Shown here in pieces: positions 55,307 through 64,000 of a stretch of DNA of 64,000 bases; positions within the stretch are counted from its first letter, which is position 1, and the number at the start of each line of letters is the position of its first letter. Origin of the DNA: Octopus vulgaris (taxonomy: Eukaryota); assembly GCA_951406725.2 (NCBI GenBank), contig OX597821.1, positions 66,774,001 through 66,838,000 on the forward strand. The letters run 5' to 3'. A model generated the notes under the pieces. The model ran no database searches. It saw only the letters and a list, made by a program, of their open reading frames with translations, and was not told the DNA's origin. Position numbers and translations under genes: made by a program.

Positions 55307-56296
55307 CAGGTACAGGAAACATACGATTATACCTTGAATTAAGATAATATCATAATAATATACCACATGTTACTTATATGTATAGCTTTGTATTAAAAAT
55401 TAATAACCGATGGTAGTCAATTTTTTCTTGATCAAGAATTTCTTCGTTTTCTGTTTAATTAAAATTTGACTCCTGATAAACTCTTGTTAATTTTGGTTAT
55501 TGCCTATATCCTATGATCATAATATGCTAGCATATGTATGCCCAGGGTTGACATAGGTAATTTATACCGGTAGTAAAACGGATATCCTTATCCCTTAGAC
55601 GGTTATTCCAACCGCTAACTCTACTAGCCTTTATATTTATATATACATATTTTCTATACGCATATATATATCGTCTTCATATTTTTTCTTCTCCGATTCT
55701 ACTAAATCTGTAACCAAAATATTGTTTTCTAAATAGATGATAAAATTCATTAAGCATCATCTCCTATATTCCAATGAGAATATAATTATGTTGTGCGAGT
55801 CTTAGTTCACATTATTTTCTTTCAAAATAACTTCATTTCGCGATTGTCTTGTTTCTGCGTTTTAATTTTTTTTTCTAAATTTGAAGTAACCCGTTGACCT
55901 TTAATATTGCCAATTAGCTGCGTTGTTAGCCAGCCCGCTAGCAATTAGAGTTATATTTGGTCAGTTCTCCCGAAGAGCTGGTTTATTAAAATGAGATATC
56001 GCTAAAAACGCTATATTACGTAAAACTGTATTAGAAATTAATAGGAAATTTTTCATATATGCTGTTAATTGTGAGTTTGAACTTATGAAACGTGATATAG
56101 AAAAAGATGTTCAAAACTTTCATAGATAACTACAATGTTGGCATAGAAACTAGAAAAGATATTAGATTGGTTAACACTACTTATTGAACACTTACGGCCG
56201 TTTCGAAGTACGAATATTCTGGGCATTCGATGTGCTAAACTACAACTAAATGTGGTAGTTATATTTAATCTCTGAGCGAGAGATAAACAGTAACAG

Positions 56297-56592
56297 TACA
56301 GAATCGTAAAATATATTTGCCAACTAAACGTGGCGGTCCTACAGAGGACAGTGCTAATGTTGTTTTTAGCACCAGGAAGACATCTCCTCCAGCTGGCCAA
56401 CAGCACACAGTCTGTATCCGATTAGTATTTGCGAATGGGAGCGATGACCTCCCTCGCAAATACTAATCGGACACAGACTGTGTGTCGTTGGCCAGCTGGA
56501 GAAGATGACTTCCTGGGGCTAAAAACAAGAGTAGCATCGTTTTCTATGGGGCCGCCACATTTAGTTGGCAAATATATGTTTTACGATAAAAC
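56297..56592. mobile_element. Fold-back (palindromic) MITE-like element with ~135-bp arms and a ~7-nt loop
   Basis: TTTGCCAACTAAA...CCAGCTGGCCAAC..CACAGTCTGT..CCGATTAGTATTTGCGA is mirrored on the other side of ~56445. Confidence 0.75.
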
Positions 56593-59269
56593 TGGTATAT
56601 TATTCCCCTAAACCATTTAATGTGCTATTCGCTATTAGACAAGTTTGAACACTTGAAATTAGAGGATTATCCGGCGGATTACTGTGAAATTTCTGGAGAT
56701 ACATTTTCGCTCACAAATGTTCGAGCCCAACTGAAATATTTACATAAGGTTCCGTGTTGTGGGCAGTGACATCATTCCGGGTGACACTTGTATAGGTGTG
56801 GTAATTTGTGGTCTGCTATATAGGACTGTATAAGCTTACTGGTCAGAGAGGCGGCCAAATGAAGGATTGCCCCGGAGAACATATATTCTAGCTACGTCAC
56901 TGACTCTGGAAAGGAAAGGAATTATTATTGCAAAATGAATATCTTAATTACGGAATTATGCAATGAATAATTACAATATTCATCATCACATATTGACGGA
57001 TTGAGCTATCTTTGATTAAATTATAAACACTTCTAAAGGCATAAAATTGGTTACACCTTATGTTTAAAATAGAGCCAGTTATAAAATACATGTTGCTGAA
57101 TTCGTTGACATCTGACATTGTAGCATAACATTTTAAATAACACCTTACATGGTATACTAACACACAGCTTTTAAATGTCTAATGAATATTTTCAGACAAC
57201 AAACAACATACGACTCCACCACATTTTGGATAAGACAATCCTTCAACAGAACTGTCTTTTAGAGAAACTTGTACCAATATTCCAGGTCTGGAATAGTGGA
57301 AGTTTTACACTAATAAAATTACAAATAATAGGATCTCGCTAACTAACGTCATTTCATTTATTATTATCTCATTTGCAATTTTCACTACTGTATTAAACAC
57401 GCTATCAAACTTAATGACTTTAAGACACTTATACAGTTGCTACCAAAATTTATTATGAAAAATAGTATTGAGACATACCAAGACTTATCATGAAAAATAT
57501 TGACCAGTTAAATGCAATTATATTAAATTTAAATATAGTCAAAATTCCACAAATTTTAAGGACGGTACTGTCTTTTGTGTTATCCTCGGTAACTGCTGAG
57601 GTTTATATAGTCGATAGAGGGAAGTAAATCAAAGTTAAATTCGGCGTGATTAGAATTAATAACATAAAGGAATGTATGGTAATGCATCCGATGTTCCAAC
57701 CATTCTGTAATCTACCGCCTTTTTAACCGAAACGGTATCATGATCAAACACCTTTAACGAATGTCGATTCATATGTCGTGTTTTATGAGATTTGTCTAAT
57801 GTGTCCAGTCCAGAACTGGACTTTAACTGGTCAAAGATATTACATTGGCTTTTAACTTGCTCTTTGAAATTATTAAGGGGAAAATTACTGTTGGAGAGAA
57901 ATCAGTAATTTTGATGCTGAGCTACAAAATCAAACTAGAAATTTTAATGTATGGTATATACCACTAAATATGGAAATGATTCTGTCATTTTACAAATCAA
58001 TCTTCTGCAGACAAAATTTGATTATTTTCTCTATCTATAGACTAGCAGACATTCATTATTTGAATAGCTTGGATTATAGTCGGACTATGAACAACTATAA
58101 CTTTCCAAAGAAGAGTCCTTTCAATGTCATCGCATCTATTCTACTCAGTAAGAGTAATAAATACATATGGTGTGAATCTTTGAATTCCAGAAGATAACGG
58201 TGATATTGATTCCTATTATTAGATAGAATATGATAGAATATAAAAATATCTGCAATACATAATAGAAAAAAGACAAATGAACACTTTGGCGCATAACTAA
58301 CCATAACTTGTCGCTACTAACCACAAATCAACCATTTAAGAGTTGTCAAACGCATTCTGATAATACTATCATAGAAACAATTCATTGCACAAATAAAAGA
58401 ATTGGAGCTGCCATCACGTAATCAAGCTATCTCCCATGTCACTTCCCTCTGAAGAAAGTATTGGAATTACAGAAGCAGCTGCAAGTGTCTGAGTAGTAAT
58501 CATAGCAGAATTAGTTTCAGAAGTACTCGCCAAATTTCTTAGACAAATGACGAATCAATTTTGACCACTGATACTGATCAGCCATTTGGGATGTGTTCAC
58601 AATGGCTAACTGTATTTTTGGAAAATAAAATAAATAACAAGTTTGCGTCGGCTTTACAGAAGTATAAAAGAAGAAAACATACTTAGATAATGAAACAAGA
58701 TGAACGAGAAAGGAAGAAAAACATTTTTTTTTTCTGAATTAGGAAGATAAAGTTTGTGATGAAATTTTGTTTTAGAGCATTTTCTCGCATCATTTGAAAA
58801 ATCGTTTTCATAGCAAATCGCTGCAAGTCTCTGTTCTGTTAAATAATTACAGCAGCTCTCCCTTAAACAGAACGATAATTAAGATTACTCATCTAAATAT
58901 GATAAACACAAAATCGTCGTAAACTCAGGAGAAAGGAATATATGATCCCAAACCGTAATATAACAGAAATAACAACTATCAACGAAACACCTTATTAATT
59001 GATTTGTACTCTGTTCTTGGAGAATATAAATAAGGTGGTGAAAGGATGCATACATCCTAAACATTAGTTGTCATCCACAGAAGGTGGTGAAATACCAAAG
59101 TCGTCAGAACGTCGGATATAATTTCTTATATTCTCACTTTCAGGTCAAATGCCGCAGAGGTCAGCTTTGCCAGCCATACTTTCAGTGCCAATATGTAATG
59201 CACAAGTCAAGAGCTGAAATCTATTCTTTTTATTTATCTTCGAAAAAATAAGTTGCTCTCAGACCTGGA

Positions 59270-59530
59270 AAGAGATGGGCTCTGCGAGGCTTAACATACA
59301 CAAAACATGACATATTGAGAAATGCGCAAAGCAACTACTGCCACAATTTATAATTTTTCCATTCTATCAATGTGCCATTGGAACACCAGCACAAATTAGA
59401 TTAAATAAGGAAACCATCTTCATTGAAAAATATAAGCCAAAACTTAACCACTTCTAACATTTTTAAATAAGGAAACTCACCTCATTGAATATGAAATATA
59501 AAGCAAAATCTAACAACTTGTAACATTCTA
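59270..59530 (+). pseudogene. PLE GIY-YIG C-terminal fragment with a ~63-bp tandem duplication of the ORF end
   Basis: HIEKCAKQLLPQFIIF/FYQCAIGTPAQIRLNKETIFIEKYKPKLN* aligns by eye with HIDRCTRSKTPNFHIFPLYQCKDSISLLDRLNKENLFIQKNRP of ORF 7665-7895. Confidence 0.72.
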
Positions 59531-59844
59531 TTCCTTCTAAACCAAATCATGTTTAATTAATCAAGCCTAGTCATTCCCAACATGTTTGATTATCTCCCTT
59601 ATACCGGAAAAAATCCCTGATTACCTTCCCCTGCCTGGAACTCCATATTTCACAACATAGCGAAGACATGACACGATATAGGTAAAGAAATCTGAGAAAT
59701 TTGAAAAGAAAATACGAAACTGGTTATTTCTCCAAAATCTATGTTTCTATACGCAAAATTACCTAACATTTTTCTAACATAACGATTTAAATATATTCTT
59801 TAACCACATAACACAAATCTTCTGTAGTTTTATTCACTCTTTTT

Positions 59845-59892
<48 letters not shown>

Positions 59893-60012
59893 ACAATCAA
59901 GGAACGGCCATAATAGGCCATTCACCCACTAGAAATAACAGCCAAAGCTTCAACCGCAAATAAAAGTTAATTCTGTAAACCAGGAGAAAATTTAAAAAAC
60001 ATTTACCCTGTA

Positions 60013-60119
60013 ATTTCTTATACGATATACCGTTTCATCTGCTGATTAATGGTAAACTAACCTGATTAAATTAAATCAAGCCAATCTTCCACAGGCCCTC
60101 AGATTCATCAGTAAGAAAT
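60013..60119 (-). ncRNA. Type I hammerhead ribozyme (copy 1)
   Basis: Reverse complement of copy 2: ATTTCTTA-CTGATGA-ATCTG...CAGAT-GAAA-CGGTATATCG-TA-TAAGAAAT. Confidence 0.85.
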
Positions 60120-60869
60120 AGCCCAAGTCGGAACAGATATTTTCACGAGGCATTTCCGACTTTGCCAAGTTTATATCTGACCTAAAATTTTCAAATCGTC
60201 GCACTCGCGCCAAATTTATCGGCAGCAAATAAATATAAGCCGTCGATTCCATTACGGAATTAACCAGAAAATTCATAATTAATCAATATAGGGTGGCAAA
60301 AAAAAATTTTGTAGAATTCTTTTGCCACCAGCGGCCTAGTAGGAAAAAATTAAATAGTCATAGACCATTTTTAAGTTTAACATCAACAATCAAGGAACGG
60401 CTATAATAGGCCATTCACCCACTAGAAATAACAGCCAAAGCTTCAACCGCAAATAAAAGTTAATTCTGTAAACCAGGAGAAAATTTAAAAAACATTTACC
60501 CTGTAAATTTTCTCCTGGTTTACAGAATTAACTTTTATTTGCGGTTGAAGCTTTGGCTGTTATTTCTAGTGGGTGAATGGCCTATTATGGCCGTTCCTTG
60601 ATTGTTGATGTTAAACTTAAAAATGGTCTATGACTATTTAATTTTTTCCTACTAGGCCGCTGGTGGCAAAAGAATTCTACAAAATTTTTTTTGCCACCCT
60701 ATATTGATTAATTATGAATTTTCTGGTTAATTCCGTAATGGAATCGACGGCTTATATTTATTTGCTGCCATAAATTTGGCGCGAGTGCGACGATTTGAAA
60801 ATTTTAGGTCAGATATAAACTTGGCAAGGTCGGAAATGCCTCATGAAAATATCTGTTCCGACTTGGGCT

Positions 60870-60975
60870 ATTTCTTACTGATGAATCTGAATTTGCTGTA
60901 AGATTGGCTTGATTTAATTTAATCAGGTTAGTTTACCATTAATCAGCAGATGAAACGGTATATCGTATAAGAAAT
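60870..60975 (+). ncRNA. Type I hammerhead ribozyme (copy 2); predicted cleavage after GUA at 60967
   Basis: Stem I ATTTCTTA (60870-77) with TAAGAAAT (60968-75), 8 bp perfect. CTGATGA at 60878-84. Stem II ATCTG (60885-89) with CAGAT (60947-51). GAAA at 60952-55. Stem III CGG-TATA-TCG. U16.1-A17. Confidence 0.87.
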
Positions 60976-61194
60976 TACAGGGTAAATGTTTTTTAAATTT
61001 TCTCCTGGTTTACAGAATTAACTTTTATTTGCAGTTGAAGCTTTGGCTGTTATTTCTAGTGGGTGAATATATTATGGCCGTTCCTTGATTGTTGATGTTA
61101 AACTTAAAAATGGTCTGTGACTATTTAATTTTTTCCTACTAGGCCGCTGGTGGCAAAAGAATTCTACAAAATTTTTTTTGCCACCCTATATTGA

Positions 61195-61239
<45 letters not shown>

Positions 61240-61509
61240 CATACATACATACATACATACATACAATATACAACGTATACATACATATATATGTATATAT
61301 GTGTGCGTGTGTGTGTCACTATATACATGTGTATGTATATGTATATATTTACATATGTTGATAAACACACACACACACACACGCACACGCATGATTTGCT
61401 CTAATTTCACATAAGCATAATAATTGAAATTTTCCGTAATTGCACGCAATTACCCCGATTTCGCCGGCAAGATTTAGAAAATCTTTACTTTGATATAAAG
61501 AAAATAGGT

Positions 61510-61850
61510 CGGATTGCGGTCGAGTTTGTCATATATCATTTCGGGGTCGATAACTTAAGTACCAGTTGCGTACTGAAGTCAATCTAATCGATTGGCCCCT
61601 TCCCCAAAATTTCGGGCCTTCAGCCTAGAGTAGAAAAGAAATCAAAGCACGCTGAGCTAAATGTTTAACGACATTTTGTCCATCTTTACAATCTGAGCTC
61701 AAACTCCAACGTGGTCGAGTTTGCTTTTCATCCTTTCGAGATCTATAAAATAAATACCAATTTATAAGTACCAATTGAACACTGTGGTCGACTTAATCCT
61801 CTTACCCCCTCTTCCAAAACTGCTTTCATACGCCAAGATTTGAAAGCAAT
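61510..61850 (+). mobile_element. Two diverged SINE B fragments
   Basis: TTTCGGGGTCGATAACTTAAGTACCAG core, and tails CCCCAAAATTTCGGGCCTT..TAGAGTAGAAAAG. Confidence 0.68.
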
Positions 61851-62821
61851 ACGTTAGCTTTCAGTTCTTCTCGCTCTTTTGTTTAATTTGGGTTTCACCT
61901 CTACTTTGGGTGCTAGATAAATATTTCATATGACGGTGTGTGTAAAATACCCGCTACATATCTATTTTATTTAAAATAATGATATTTTGGGTAAATTAGC
62001 AGCATAAACAAATTAAATTAAATCTGCTGTGAATAATGTTAAATATTTTCATTTATACTGTAAATGCATATTTTTGGAGAACCAAGTTACAGAACCACCG
62101 TCATTATTGTAAAATTCAAGGACTTAATTCTGCGTTTAACAATTCTACATGTCAGTCAAAATACGACAAAACGTATCGAATATCCTCGCAACTGGATCAA
62201 CAATTTTGAAATTGTGTGGTACAAATAAATCCCAGTGGTAATCAGAATATGCTTCTTTTAACTGAACATTAACAGGTTATGCGATAAACTCGAATTCGCA
62301 GCAAACTATCCAAGCTCATTCTTCTGCAGAAAAATATTGGATTTAGAACTACATTTAGGAAGAATTGCAACATGTCGTGCAAGCAATTGTAGAGTCGATC
62401 ATTTAGTAGAAGTTATTAACAAGGAATTCCTTTATCAGCAATTGAAGCTGATTTTCTATTAAATAAAATGAGGGAACAGCTCGGCTCATTTAAAAATGTT
62501 ATTATTCCATCTTTACTAAAAGAACAAATTATAACAGATGTAACAGTACGTCTTCTCTGAATTTGGATGCGTATTCTCCTCTTTCTGTTCGATAATGCAA
62601 TAAAGTACAAAATAAATTTGTGTATCAAGATGTTTAGTATTAATATTGCATTTGGACATGAAGCAGGTTTTGAGTGGTGTGAGGTTTTAGAAATAAAAAG
62701 GAAAACTGACTTGTTATTGCAAGGCTCAGAACTTCAAAACATTCGTGACGTTAACAATTTTCTTCACAAATGAGTAAAATTAAATAATCCAAACTTGATT
62801 CTCTAAAACGTTATTGCTGCT

Positions 62822-62891
<70 letters not shown>

Positions 62892-63752
62892 AATCTATCT
62901 ATCTATCTTTCTTTCTATCTATCTAGCATACTTCCTTGCTACGGAATAATTATCTTTCAACACTGAATATCTGCTAAAAGAATCAAGTAACTGGTTTCAC
63001 TGATCAATGCAGCGGTTAGAATCATACATTAACGTACAATAATTTCAATCAATCAATCAACGAGGAAGAAGTTCTGCTGAAAATTATTCCCTTTTCAATC
63101 GTAAGATTGTTAGAGGGAAGCAACAATGTATAAAGAATACTTAGCAATTGGGACACATTAAAACCGCATTTGCGAATGGCATCTTCTTGTTTTGGCAAGA
63201 ATCATGCAAGTGAATAACTATATGCATTGCTCTCTGACGAAACTAATGAACATTATTTAACATTTATGAGGAATGTGTTAAAATAATTTGAAAACAAAAA
63301 ATTAATTTACCGCCCCAAAACTGAAATGATGGAATACTCTAGTATCTTAAAAGTATTCTATGGCTTTAACACAGAAGTTTATAAGGATTAGACATCTCTG
63401 ATAAACAAATTCTTAAAATCTATTTACAGATCGAATCTCTATAGTTCCTACGCACGAAGAACGATAAACAGAGAGACCGATATCAGTTACGAGTTTTCTA
63501 ACCTATGGCTCAGTAAAGTTTTATCGAAATAAAATTCACAAGATCAAGTATGTATATATATATATATATATATATACGTTTATATATTTGTTGTGCAAGA
63601 TTATTTTGTGACAAAAGAACTCTGGCCGAAATTAATGTAAAAAATAAATAACACTGAAGCAAAATAACACCCAAATATATAGTGCGTGTGTTTTTATTGG
63701 CTAAACTGGCAAAATGACCATTCCTAAATATAACAATATATATATATATATA

Positions 63753-64000
63753 TATTATTTTTATTTTTTATTTTATTTAGTTTCAGCTCACAAGCTGTGG
63801 CCATGCTGGGGCACCGCCATTTGGTGTTGCTACATGATTTTACTTCACGAATGCTTTTTAGCAAATGCCATCTAGTGCATGAGAGAGTTCGATGCAGCTG
63901 CCTTCATCTGCACCTCCTGCCGTGAAGTTGGTTCATCTGGGATACCTGACAAGAAGAGATCCAGTTTCATTTTAAAGACATCTATATCTACCCCATGCAG
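63753..64000 (-). mobile_element. 3' end of a second CR1-group LINE related to 1-1216; continues beyond the window
   Basis: Minus-strand LHGVDIDVFKMKLDLFLSGIPDEPTSRQEVQMKAAASNSLMH* versus LHGVDVGFFKTKLDLFLLGVPDEPTSRQETQMRVAASNSLVDQ. It has the same GGCGGTGCCCCAGCATGGCC UTR motif and an A-rich tail into (TA)n. Confidence 0.9.

Larger units (their letters stand above)
59889..61202. repeat. Inverted concatemer of a ~490-bp hammerhead-containing unit (retrozyme-like or PLE pseudo-LTR-like) in (TA)n
   Basis: The left arm repeats CAACAATCAAGG at 59891 and 60384 (period 493). The right arm, in the opposite orientation, repeats TAAATTTTCTCC at 60504 and 60994 (period 490). The arms are near-identical reverse complements. 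Confidence 0.9.

Noticed and set aside
58530-58612. Possible minus-strand exon (LAIVNTSQMADQYQWSKLIRHLSKKF) after an AG acceptor
   Set aside because: It is short, has no canonical GT donor and no recognisable homology; RNA-seq would be needed.

Overview
AT-rich, microsatellite-dense eukaryotic DNA. The SINE, LINE and microsatellite content resembles an octopod cephalopod genome (inferred from recalled repeat families, not verified). I found no host protein-coding gene I can support, and most ORFs in the track are translations of (TA)n, (TG)n, (TATC)n or (TAT)n. The window is almost entirely mobile DNA. It starts with an uninterrupted 380-aa CR1-group LINE RT C-terminus and 3' tail (1-1216) and ends with an inverted relative. 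It also holds a decayed Penelope-like element (RT plus GIY-YIG), three R4/Dong-type RLE retrotransposons stacked in (TAA)n, RTE and Tx1/L1-like fragments, hAT/Buster and Tc1/mariner fossils, MITEs, and about 30 tRNA-derived SINE copies in several modular families. The main finding is at 59889-61202: a non-coding ~490-bp unit carrying a full-consensus type I hammerhead ribozyme. It is arranged as a greater-than-unit-length inverted concatemer in (TA)n, folds back next to the predicted cleavage site, and lies beside a Penelope endonuclease remnant, which makes it a retrozyme-like candidate. Other findings are SINE multimers with one recurring junction, a LINE/SINE shared 3' hairpin with covariation, and SINE head/tail shuffling. 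Coordinates of decayed elements were read by eye and are approximate.
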